Shown: piece after piece, positions 1 through 10,936 of the stretch | How positions within the stretch are numbered: position 1 is the first letter of the stretch | How the letters are laid out: each line of letters begins with the position of its first letter | Assembly (NCBI RefSeq): GCF_006345805.1 | Contig: NW_021834342.1 | Span: 1-49,441 of the forward strand | Direction: 5' to 3' | DNA length: 49,441 bases | DNA from: Octopus sinensis | Taxonomy: Eukaryota | Translations under genes and position numbers: made by a program | The notes under the pieces: model-generated | The model's input: the letters and a program-made list of their open reading frames with translations, nothing else | The model's database searches: none | Told to the model about the DNA's origin: nothing

Positions 1-329
1 TTAGAGAGTTATAGCCAAAAAATAGCAAAAAAATGCAAAAAAAATTATAGTGAATTTTTTTTTAAATCGTTGATTCATCCTAGACATTTTTAGAGAGTTA
101 CTTCCCTTATATAATAGCAAAAAAATGCATTAAAATGGAAAAAAATGATCGTAAATTATTTTTAAAATCGTAGACTCATCGTAGACGCGCGCTAATACCC
201 AGAAGGGCTCGATATGAATCACGACTATAAGATACCCGGTTTTGGTTAAACAGCACCGCAAAATGTGAGAGTAGTTAGGAATCTAAATCGTAGGAGACAG
301 ACACACAACTTCACTTTTATATATAAAGA
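1..329 (-). mobile_element. Non-autonomous Helitron-like element, 5' part (runs off the left edge), with degenerate internal tandem subrepeats
   Basis: Minus strand begins A|TCTTTATATATAAAAGTGAAGTTGTGTGTCTGTC, a Helitron-type 5' TC end. About 200 bp (127-329) is nearly identical to 635-842. Confidence 0.6.
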
Positions 330-341
330 TTTGTGCAACAA

Positions 342-842
342 CTAAAACATTCGGTTGTGCAAATTGTTTGCACAGGAAACCTGCCCTGTGTGGCGGTTTT
401 TGCCGTTTTTGTGGATCTGTTTCAGCTTTTTTAGCGATTTCTGTTTTGGCGACTTCAAGCCATGAAGTCGTTGTTCTAAAAGAACGCTGGTCTCCTTGAC
501 AACGCTTTACGACGTTGATTTCCTTACACTCCCTTCCCCACAGCTTCACGAGGGAGGGAAGAAGGGGGAGAAGCAACACAAGTGCAGGTGTGAGCATGGA
601 TGCCAACTCCGCCGCCATCGACACACTAAAAAATATGCGTTAAAATGGAAAAAAATGATGGTAAATTATTTTTTAAATCGTAGACTCATCGTAGACACGC
701 GCTAATACCCAGACGGGCTCGATATGAATCACGACTATAAGATACCCGAATTTGGTTAAACTGCACCGCAAAATGTGGAGTAGTTAGGAATCTAAATTGT
801 AGGAGACAGACACTCACACAACTTCACTTTTATATATATAGA
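342..842 (-). mobile_element. Complete non-autonomous Helitron (~500 bp)
   Basis: 5' A|TCTATATATATAAAAGTG at 842. 3' end has an 8-bp hairpin (TGTGCAAA/TTTGCACA, 356-374), then 10 nt, then TTAG|T (CTAG variant). Inserted between A and T with no TSD. Confidence 0.7.
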
Positions 843-1639
843 TATATACATATATAGTTTCTTATTATGCATGATTTATTCCGCATCGCAAATTTATTGT
901 AAATATTTCGACATATTTCTTAAGGGAAACCTTCAACTGTTATATGCAAATATTATTTTCTTGTTTAAGATTCTGCTTTTATTTTATTTCATTTTATTGT
1001 ATTTTATAAACCTATTGTAATCGTTTAATTTATAGATAATTCGATATAGGGTGTTCTACTTCGCATGTCTTTTATCCGAATTTTATTATTATACACTCAG
1101 CAATTTTTAAAAAGTAATGTTGTTTGTATATACGTCAGGACCTAGACATGTTTTTATGCGGATTTTTGTATTGTTGGTATGCATGTATTCATATGTATGT
1201 GCCTATGTATATGTGTAAGTAAGTGTGTAGGTTTATACTTATGCACATACATACATGGATGTATATGTATGCATATATTCACTTGAATTTGTGTGGATGT
1301 GTATTTATGTACTTATTTCTATATATTTATATATGTGTATTTACTGCTAATATACACTTTTATATACACATGTATACGTAATTTTATTTTGTGTATGTTC
1401 GTTACGTATATTCAGACTTCTTTCTTTCTTCCTTTCCTTTGTTACGGATAAGTAATTTTTCTCCCCTTTTCGTTACTCAAAGAGTCCTTTAACTTTACGT
1501 GCCCATCCCCTTCTCTTACTCACTTCTTTAGCTAACTGTTGCTTATAAGGTCTTTACCTTTTCTTTTTCTTCCCCCTCTATGCGTTTTACTTCTAGAGAT
1601 TTTTGCATGTATACATATGTATATGTGTATTTGCATGTA

Positions 1640-2930
1640 CGAGGGGCGTTCAATAAGTAATGCCCCTGACCCACTTCCCATAGCAGTAGAGCAACGAAAC
1701 TTGGCACAGTTATTAGTCTTTTTCTACATAGGAACCACCCAGAGTTATGCATTTCTCCCAGCGTTTGATGCAGCTCTGGAGACCGTTTTTGTAGAAGAAC
1801 CCAGCTTGGTCCTCCAACCTCAACGTGACTTCTGAAATCAAGGCTGCATCATCTGGGAAACGCTTTCCTTTCAAAAACAACTTCATGATTGGGAAGAGGT
1901 GAAAATCAGTAGGTGCAAGGTCAGGAAAGTAGGGGGGATGGGGAGGAGTTCATAGCCATACGCCTGTGCTTCTGATCTGGCGACAAGCGAGTTGTGGACC
2001 GGAGCGTTGTCCTGCAGGAGGAGGATGCCTTTGCTGATCTTGCCCCGCCTCTTGATTTTGATAACTTCTCTTAATTTCCTCAAAAGTGAAGCATAATAGG
2101 CTCCTGCAATTGTGGTACCCTTTGCCAGGAAATCTGTCATCACTACTCCGTCCTGGTCCCAGAAGACTGTGAGCATGACCTTGCCAGCGGAGGGCTGCAC
2201 CCTTGCCTTCTTTGGAGGGGGTGAGTCACGGTGCTTCCACTGCATTGACTAGGATTTGGTCTCTGGATCATCGTGATGGACCCAGGTTTCATCCTGTGTA
2301 ATCAGTCTTTTGAAAAATTTTGACTCATCTTCTTGGCACATCTCCAAATTCACCCTTGAGCACTCGACGCGTTCTTGCTTCTGGAAAGGCGTGAGCAGCC
2401 TGGGAATCCATCTGGCAGACACCTTTTGCATATGCAAATGGTCATGAATGATAGTTTCCACAGACCCGGTACTAATCTTGACCTCATGGGCTATTTGGCG
2501 AATAATTATGCGTCGATCTTCCAAAATGGCAGCCTCAACTTGACGGACAGATGCCTCATCAATAGCAGAAGGGGGCGACCAGATCTGGGAGCTGTTTCCA
2601 CAGAGTTCCGACCATGTTTGAATTCACGATGCCAGCGTTTTACAAGGTCATATGATGGGGCATCATCACCATAAGTTACTTTCATTTCATCAAAAGTCTC
2701 CCATGGTGTGCGTCCTTTCAAATACAAAAACCAGATCAATGCTCGACACTCAACAGGTTCCATTTCACACTTGACTCGGTTCAAACACCTGTAAATCAGA
2801 AACCACAATTAATTCAGAGCTGTAATTTGCCACTTACTCTATAGAGATATAAATGATTGCACATGCAAAATTTCAGCTAGATCAAACAACTGCAAGTGGG
2901 TCAGAGGCATTACTTATTGAACGTCCCTCG
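1640..2930 (-). mobile_element. Full-length mariner (DD34D) transposon, irritans-like (Hsmar2/Bytmar1-type CGAGGG termini)
   Basis: TIRs of about 36 bp (CGAGGGGCGTTCAATAAGTAATGCCCCTGACCCACT, 2 mismatches between ends). TA TSD at 1638-1639 and 2931-2932. Length 1291 bp. Confidence 0.95.
1713..2763 (-). pseudogene. Frameshifted mariner transposase
   Basis: ORF pieces 2506-2808, 2249-2524 and 1883-2245 give MEPVECRALIWFLYLKG, WIPRLL (WVPHEL-like), ITQDETW and LQDNAPVH. Confidence 0.93.
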
Positions 2931-2954
2931 TATATTTCAGGTGTATAATTCAAG

Positions 2955-3685
2955 GTGATCTTCAATAGTCCCTTCTCGAGTTGCTCTGCAGTAGGTCTCA
3001 AGATGAACCGTATGAAAACGAAGTTCATGCGGTCAGACAACGTACCAACAGGTCGAATGGTGATCACCAGTGATGAAATAGAGGAGGTAAAGGAATATGT
3101 CTACCTGGGACAGGAAGTGAATATGTGCCAAGATATCGAAAAGGAGATCTCACGGAGAGTAAGGGTCAGATGGAAGGCGTTTAATGGTATAAGGGATGTG
3201 CTCAAGGGAAGGTTGGACAGAACCACCCGCACCAACCTCATCAACAGTACAGTTCTACCTGCAATGTTATATGGTAGTGAAACATGGGCTACAACAAAGA
3301 GAGAAGAGCAGAGTCTGGTAACAGCTCAAAGAGCCATGGAAAGGTCAATGCTTGGAATCTCGCTGAGAGAGCACATCAGTAGCGAGATCATCAGAAAGAA
3401 GTCTAGCGTTAGGGATGTCATTGCAGAGTATACACGCAGCAAGTTTAGATGGGCTGGACACGTCGCCTGGCTCACCGATAATCAGTGGACCCGTGCAGTT
3501 GTCAAGTGGTACCCGCGCGAGCAGAAACAACCACTCGGAAGGCCTCTACGACAGTGGAGTTACGATTTCAGGAGGACGATTGGGATCTCGTGGATGAGAA
3601 AGGTACGATCCAGAGAGGAGTGGACAGCGTGCTGTGACCAGTGGTGTCAAATGGACGCCTGACGGACTGGTCGGTCAAGGTGATA
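2955..3685 (+). mobile_element. 5'-truncated RTE-clade LINE (RT C-terminus and short 3' end)
   Basis: 235-aa ORF with KTKFM, EYVYLGQ, LPAMLYGSETW and KFRWAGHVA motifs; ends in a TA repeat. Confidence 0.9.
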
Positions 3686-4239
3686 TATATATGTCTGCAT
3701 ATGTATGTGGTCTGTGTATATCCATCTGTGTATTTTGATGTATATATGTATATTGATGGTTTAGTATGCATATATACTGTTGTAAAATATTTTAATTTTT
3801 CATGCATTAGTCGAATTATATTTCACATATGATTAATTACAATATGTATTTTGAATCTGCTCTTCGATTTAAGGTTTCTCCTTGATTTTTTATAATAGGA
3901 TGAATTTATATTGAATTCATTTATTTTGTTTGTTTTGTTTATCGCATGCTTAAGACTGTTATTTGAATGGACCAATGAAACAAATCCATTTTTAAAAGTG
4001 TATCCTTTAACTAGTTTTGATCATATTGTTATTTCTGTTCTATTTTAACAAAACTGTCCGACAAACGGGAACATGAAACTCTGAGAAACAGCTTTTGTTA
4101 TATTTCTGCCGCTTTTAAATAAAGCATATTACTCTACCTCTGGTATTTGAGTACTCTTTTTTACACCTTGTTTCACATTTACATGCTTACTCCGGTACAC
4201 ATACATATATAGAGATATACATATATATATATGTATGTA

Positions 4240-4560
4240 TATATATATATATATAAAACTGAAATGCGTTTTTACCGCTTGGATCACTTTCAATGCCACT
4301 ACGTCCCGTCCGATTCGCTCCAAAATTTACAGGGACATGTAGAATGAGGTGATGATGCCCGTGGGCTACCTTAGAAATCCCTATCTTGAAAGGTGTGGTT
4401 GCTAGGGGCCATCTTCCTCACTCACGCTATTTCCTCCTTTCCCTCTCTTACTCCCCTTCATTTATAACTTTGAGAATTCCACTCCCGTTATTTAATGTAT
4501 TCCCCTCAACTTCCTTTCACTTTCCCTTTATAAGTTCGTCAGACGGCTTTCTTTGATGTA
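4240..4560 (+). mobile_element. Possible Helitron-derived 5' fragment
   Basis: Starts TATATATAAAACTGAAATG, similar to the Helitron 5' ends at 329 and 842. No 3' hairpin or CTAG found. Confidence 0.25.
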
Positions 4561-4764
4561 TCTGTCTGCATTCATAGGGAGAATTATCATCGTTACCAAC
4601 TTATGTATATGTCTTCCTCACTCACTCACTCTTTTTCCTAATGATAATTATCATCGCCACCACCACCACACAATACTCACTCTATTTCATACAGACGGCC
4701 TTCTTTTATGCATCTGTCTGTGTGAAAGAGAGAGATAACTGAAATTTTTTACTCGGTTTTTGTA

Positions 4765-5080
4765 GTGCGTGCGTGTGTATGCATGTATGTGTATATGTAT
4801 GTATGCATGTATGTGTATATGTATGTATGCATGTATGTGTGTGTGTGTATATGTATCTATGTATGTGTGTGTGTATGTATGTGTATGTATGTGTGTATGT
4901 ATGTGTGTATGTGTGTGTATGTATGTGTGAGTGTGTATGTATGTATGTACCTTTGCCTGTTAATGTAACGGTCTGCTATGTAGAAAATAATGAGGTTGAC
5001 TCAATGGAAATACATACATACACACATACATACATACACACACACATACACATACATACACACACACACACATACATAGA
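4765..5080. repeat. Compound (TG/TATG)n and (CA/TACA)n microsatellites
   Basis: Visible simple repeats. Confidence 0.95.
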
Positions 5081-5841
5081 TGCAGACCTATGTTAAAAAT
5101 GCTGGCAAGTTTGCATGACAACTATTTTTTTCCAACAAATGAAAGGCGTGACCTCTAGGACAAAATTCCTCATCTTATAAAATGTGGCCCCAGTACACCC
5201 GAATGAAATCGGGTTATATTAACCAAAATGTGAAAAGGGGTCTAAATGGGGCTGGAAGGGGATTAAAATTTAAAGGAGCGGGTGTTTAGGAATTCTCTGT
5301 TACATCAAGCTAAAAAATTTGCGCCAATGTGTTGCCATCTACGATGAAGAAGTTTTGAATGCTTGCCATGGTGAGAGTCTACTGTTGAAGAATCACTTCA
5401 AAACTTGGTGTTTAGGGATTTTCTTTTACATCAAGTTCAAAATTTTACGCCAGCCGTTAAACTGTCAAAACGTTGTTGTCCGTCGTTAAGAAATGCCAGC
5501 CATGCTGACTCTACAACCCTCAGATTCTATCCCTTCAAACTTTGGTTTCCAATATTTTATTATTTTTATTCAGCTCGCAAGTTCATCTGTCCCTTTTAAA
5601 TGTTAGTGTTTTGCTGTCTGCCTTGAAGCAGATCTTTCCGTTGTTAGTGCCTGATATTTATGATTGATCTTTCTAAATATTTTATTTCTCAACTTACTCA
5701 AGATCTTTTGTTGTTTATAAATGGGAGAGAGATAGATAAAGATAGAGAGTAAGAGAAAGCGAGGGAGAGTCCGAGAGAAAGGAAGAGTAAGAGAGTAGGG
5801 AAAGTGAGAGAGAAAGGAGAGAGAAACAAAGAGGGAGAATC

Positions 5842-6145
5842 ATCATCATCGTTTAACGTCCGTTTTCCGTGCTAGCACAGGTTGGACAGTTTGACCGGGG
5901 TCTGGGAAGACAGGAGGCTGCACCAGGCTCCAGTCTGATCTGGCAGTGTTTCTACAGGTGGATGCCCTTCCTAACGCCAACCACTCTGTGAGCGTAGTGG
6001 GTGCTTTTTTCGTCCCACCGTCACAGGTGCCATGGGTGCTGGCAGCAGCCACGATCGGTTGGTGCTTTTTACGTGCCACCGGCACAGAAGCCAGTCAAGG
6101 TCGCGCTGCAATAGGCCACATTCGGATGGTGCTTTTTACGTGCTG
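5842..6145 (-). mobile_element. RTE LINE 3' UTR fragment with (GAT)n tail
   Basis: CATCATCATCGTTTAACGTCCGTTTTCC...GGATGCCCTTCCTAACGCCAACCACT is shared with the ORF-linked RTE 3' UTR at 40826-41400. Confidence 0.85.
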
Positions 6146-6211
6146 AAAGGAAGCAACAGAAAGTAACAACCACACTCTTACCCGTGCGTAGACCGGGTCA
6201 CCTTCAGCTAG

Positions 6212-6275
<64 letters not shown>

Positions 6276-6355
6276 CATATATATACATATATATATATAC
6301 ATAGATATATACATACACATATACATACATATACATACATATATTTATATACATG
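6212..6355. repeat. (TA)n/(TACA)n microsatellite
   Basis: Visible simple repeat. Confidence 0.95.
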
Positions 6356-6454
6356 GTGGCTGCCCCCTCGTTATCGAGTATGGCCATTGCACAAAGCTTA
6401 ATCAATGTTGTTATTGTGCAATGCCTGTGCAAGAAGATTTTTTTTTAAAGTGAG

Positions 6455-6901
6455 GAAAGGCTGTGCACTGAGTCAATCTCACTCACTAAGCAGCAGCAGC
6501 CATAATCCGAAAAAAAGAACAAGTCAACATCATCGGTAACCACTGAGCCACAGGTTTTATGTCGGAGTTATCCCAGTTACCGGAGTTACCTTCTCCTAGA
6601 AGGATGCCCTAACAAAGGCTAGGAGTCCTTCACTCCCAATGGTTTAACCGCGCGATCGGGTATTCAGTCCGATTATTTCTATGTCCCCGTGCGTGATACA
6701 GCCTTAAGACATTTATTGGATGGCCGTTGACTCTCAAGAGTTCCTCCGCCCTTTGACAGGTTTTGTTTTTCATCCCGCAGGGTGTCCAATAAACACCCTT
6801 CTCACCAAGCAAGCTTGGTGGGGTTACCGGTTTAGTCACCAACAACCCGACCATGCAACAGGTTGTACTGGGTTACCAGTAGCACTCGAAAGTGACCTGA
6901 C
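6455..6901 (-). mobile_element. Probable RTE LINE 5' UTR fragment, hairpin-rich
   Basis: Minus strand carries CCTAGCCTTTGTTAGGGCATCCTTCTAGGAGAAGGTAACTC, resembling the RTE 5'-UTR motif GGGCAACCAGTCTAGGAGAAGGAAAACTC (recognised from memory). A series of stem-loops lies at its 5' end. Confidence 0.45.
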
Positions 6902-6940
6902 ATAATATATATATACATACATATACAGACATCTATATAC

Positions 6941-6975
<35 letters not shown>

Positions 6976-7305
6976 CATACAGGTATATACATACATATAC
7001 GCAGATATCTATATACATATATATATATATACATATACATACATATATATATACATACATGCATACATATATATATATACACACACACATATATATATAT
7101 ACACACACACATATATATATACATATATATACACACACACACATATATATATATACATACACACACATATATATATACATACATATACAAACACACATAT
7201 ATATACATACATACATATATATACACACACACACATATACATACATACATATATATACACACACACACATATACATATAGATATATACATATATATATAT
7301 ATATT
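6902..7305. repeat. Long compound (TA)/(CA)/(TACA) microsatellite
   Basis: Visible simple repeat; source of several spurious YI-rich ORFs. Confidence 0.95.
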
Positions 7306-7825
7306 ACTTTATCCACCAAGGCACTGTCAATTCTGACAGCTGGTCCCTCTGTTAGGGCAACATTCGGCAGACTCTCTTTCTCCCATTTATTCTCTTCATT
7401 TAGAAACCTTTCATAGTGGCATCTCCAAGTCTCTCTCTTTGCAGCCTCATTAAATGCAAGTGAGCTATCAACCATATGGACACATTTCTCTCCTATAACA
7501 TCATGATTCTCTCTCACACACTGTCTTGCAACCTGAAACACTTCAAATCTTTGGTTCTCATGACACAGAACATTGGCAAATTTTTTCTTATCTGCTTCTC
7601 TCTGGCTAAGTAAACCTGTCACCTGACTTCCCTTCTGGCAATCTGATACAATTCCCTGCTACCACCGTTCTTCCAGTCCTTCCATGCCTGTTTCTTTTCC
7701 CTAATGGCCCTGTCAACAACATTGTTCCACCACATTACCTTGGGTCGAGAGATGACTTTGCACCATTCACAGATCTGGTCAGTAGCCCTCAACAGGTTGT
7801 CCCATAGGAACCTCCAGTTGTCTTC
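7306..7825 (-). mobile_element. RTE LINE ORF2 fragment (linker between endonuclease and RT)
   Basis: WWNNVVDRAIREKKQAWKDWKNGG and ARQCVRENHDVIGEKCV...WRCHYERFLNEEN. Confidence 0.8.
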
Positions 7826-7829
7826 CAAT

Positions 7830-10800
7830 TCAATGAAGAAAAACAACAGTCAAGACCAAAACCATATTATAGATGTGGAGAAATACATTTCAAAAGAAAC
7901 TGTCCTTTTAAGAATCTAAAATGCTTTGCAAGTGGGAGAATTGGACACAAGAAATGATACTCTTGGGCGGAACAAAAAAGATCGAATGAAAAAAATTCAA
8001 GGAAAAAAGTATTGTCGAACACAATTGCAAAGTGAAGTACAAAAAAGAAAATGTCTATAAAAATAAAGAATGTGAGTACAAGACTACAGTTGAACTCAGG
8101 TAGTGACAATAATTAACGAGGAGACATGGGAAAAAATAGGAAGGCCTACATTGAAAAAACTGTGAAAATGATGAGCGGCATCTCCGGAAAACAATTACGA
8201 TTTTGGGGTGAAATGATTAGTGAGGTAACATTTCATGGGAAAACTTTGAAGGCTAAAATTTTTTTATCAAAATATATAACAAACCTTTTTGGCACAGACT
8301 GGATAGAATTGTTTAATCTATGGAACCTCCCCAATAATGTAAATGGTTGTGATACCTGTACAAGTAAGGCGTTGGAAGATTTGAAAAAGAAATTGAAAAA
8401 GATTTTTCCCGATGTTTTTTCAGAAGAATTAGGTAGATTTACCAAGACAAAAGTAAAATTCCAAGTTAAAGAAAAACATCGTACCGATGTTTAAACTGGA
8501 GCGAGTTGTACTTTTCGCAGCATTGAATCAAGTCAGGAAGGAATTAGATAGGCTAGATAAGCTGGGAGTTATAAAAAAAGTAGATTATTCAGAATGGGCA
8601 TCACCAACTGTTTATGTAAAGAAAAACAGTAACATAATATGAGTATGTGCAGACTTTTCAACAGGTTTGAACAAATGTTTAAGGACATACAATTACCTAC
8701 TACCAAACCTAGATGAAATTTTTGCGAAACTCAATGGAGGAAAATTTTTCTCAAAATTGGACTTGTTGGAAGTGTATTTACAGTTACAAGTCGAGGAAGA
8801 ATGTTTGAATTTATTAACGATAAACAACCATAAATGTTTATATAAATTCAATCAACTTCCTTTTGGGATAAATGTGGCACCTAGTATTTTCCAATAGGTG
8901 ATGGACATGATGCTTGCAGATATGGATTTCACTATAGCATATTTGGATGACATTAGAGGCCAGCATGAGGAACATGTTAAAATGGTTTATGAGAAGATAA
9001 AGTAGTATGGATTCAAACTTAGCGAGGCAAAATGCAAATTTTTCATGTCAGAAATAAAGTATCTTGGGCAAGTTATCGATAAAAATGGTTGCAGGCCAGA
9101 TCCTGTAAGATCGACTGCAATAAAAAATATGCCTACACCGAAAAATATTACAACATTACAAGCATTCTTAGGGCTTGCAAACTATTACCAAACATGGATT
9201 AGCTAAGAGCACCCCTAACAACCTATTGAAAAAAGGCGTAAAATGGTATTGGTCAGACAGGTGTCAAAAAGCGTTCAAAGAAATTTTTAAAGTTTTAACA
9301 TCAGAACTGTCATTATTGCTCTTTGATCCAAATTCAAAAGTAGTAGTAGCATCCGATGCTAGCGAAAGTGGTATAGAAGTGGTAATTTTACACAAGTATG
9401 AAAATGGTAGCCTAAAACCCATCGCTCATGCCTCACACAAGAAGGAGGAACTAGCCATTATTTTTGTTGTTGAAAAATTTCACAAATTCATACATGGAAG
9501 GAAATTCAGTCTGCAAACAGATCACCGCCCATTGTTATCAAGTTACGGATAGAAAAAGGGTATCCCCACACATACAGCCAACCGATTGCAGTGCTGGGGG
9601 ATGATCCTACTAAATTATGATTTTAAGATGGAATTTCTACCATCAAAAAAATTAGTATACCAAAAAAATTAGTATACACAGATGGGCTGTCAAGATTGAT
9701 TTCTAAATACAATGAACCATTATAGGACACAGTAAAAGCGGCATTAAAAGCCAAAATTGAAATAAGTATACTCTGCAACATAGTACGCGAACTACCTGCC
9801 ACTTTAGAAGAAATAAAAATTAAAGCAGAGAAGGATAAAAATGAAAAAAATAGTGACGTTTAAACAAATACAAAACCTCATGAACCGAACATAACACAAT
9901 CTCGAAATGGTATTCAATATGTGACGACATACTTATGTACACCTTTCATGTGAAAGGAATTTAAAAACTTTTGCAAAATGCATGCAATGGAGCATATTAC
10001 TACTCCGCCATACCATCCAAGATCAAATGAACTAGTGGAACATTTCATAGACATGTTTAAGAGGGCGCTGAAAAAAATCTAGAAATGAACAATTAGCTGA
10101 TACTGCATTGATGCAATTCTTAAGTGTCTACTAATAACACCTAACCTCAACACCATATCAGGTATGCTGCCAGCTGAACTAATGTTTGCCAGGAAAGTCA
10201 GGTCAGTGTTTGACAAATTACTACCAGGAAGAAAAGAAAAAAATGGAGAGAAACACAGAAAATAAGATGAAATACTTCAAAATCGATGACATGGTGATTT
10301 TTTTAAATATACAGAAACAGAAAGGAAAGCTGGGAAGAAGGTATAAGTAAAGATGTAGGAAAAATGACAGGTCATATGAGACACCTAAACCAACTGAAAA
10401 AATGGTTTACAGAAGAAAGAATAAGACATGAAGAGCCAATGGAATTTCTTTGTGACATTTTTGATGTTCCAATACCTCAAGGAATAATCAAACCAATGAG
10501 TACAAGGAAAAGAAAGCAAACAAAACTTTTACAAGTAGACCCAAAATGAAAAAAAATATTCCAATTTCTTCCTGGGAAATTGAAAAAAAAAAGGGGGGGG
10601 GTCATAAATATAATAAATAAAAGAAAAATATTGACTTCCAATGAAAGTCAAACTCAAAAAGGGAAGATGTTGTGAAGAAATCCTGATACCCCTGTAAGAC
10701 AGCAAGTCAACTGTTCTAAACCATATAAAGGCGCATGCACACTGACAGTGAGAGACAGTGCAGTGTGTGCAGGCACTTTGTGAAAACAGTCGTAGAAGCT

Positions 10801-10936
10801 GTTGAGAACAGATATTGTTTGTTCTGTGTTGTTTCTGATTTATATTTGTATTTTTATAACTTTGTTGTTAGTCCACATTATAAAGTGGTATATACAGTAA
10901 GTTCACAGGACATAACAGTGTCGACGAGACACAACA
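7830..10936 (+). mobile_element. Degenerate Ty3/Gypsy LTR retrotransposon (gag knuckle, PR, RT, RH, IN) with 3' LTR only
   Basis: Decayed zinc knuckle near 7920, LFGTDWI protease end, VDYSEWASPTVYVKK and CADFSTGLN in RT, VASDAS and TDHRPLL in RNase H, PYHPRSN-like integrase region. Many stops and frameshifts. Confidence 0.9.
10668..10936 (+). repeat. 3' LTR (269 bp) preceded by a polypurine tract
   Basis: TGTTGTG...CACAACA perfect 7-bp terminal inverted repeats, directly after AAAAAGGGAAGA. Confidence 0.75.

Noticed and set aside
5280-5600. Possible PPM1L exon 2 or other exon
   Set aside because: The minus-strand frames I translated contain stops and no PP2C motifs.
6840-6901. Definite HDV-like ribozyme call
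   Set aside because: P1, P2 and P3 can be partly paired, but the P1.1 GG and canonical L3 are missing; kept only as a candidate.
4765-7290. Numerous YI/CV/HT-rich ORFs
   Set aside because: They are translations of (TA)n, (TG)n and (CA)n microsatellites. The same applies to the tails of the ORFs at 33182 and 42026.
7700-7900. 5' LTR for the 7.8-10.9-kb Gypsy
   Set aside because: No copy of 10668-10936 upstream; gag abuts an RTE fragment, so the 5' end is deleted and no TSD can be tested.
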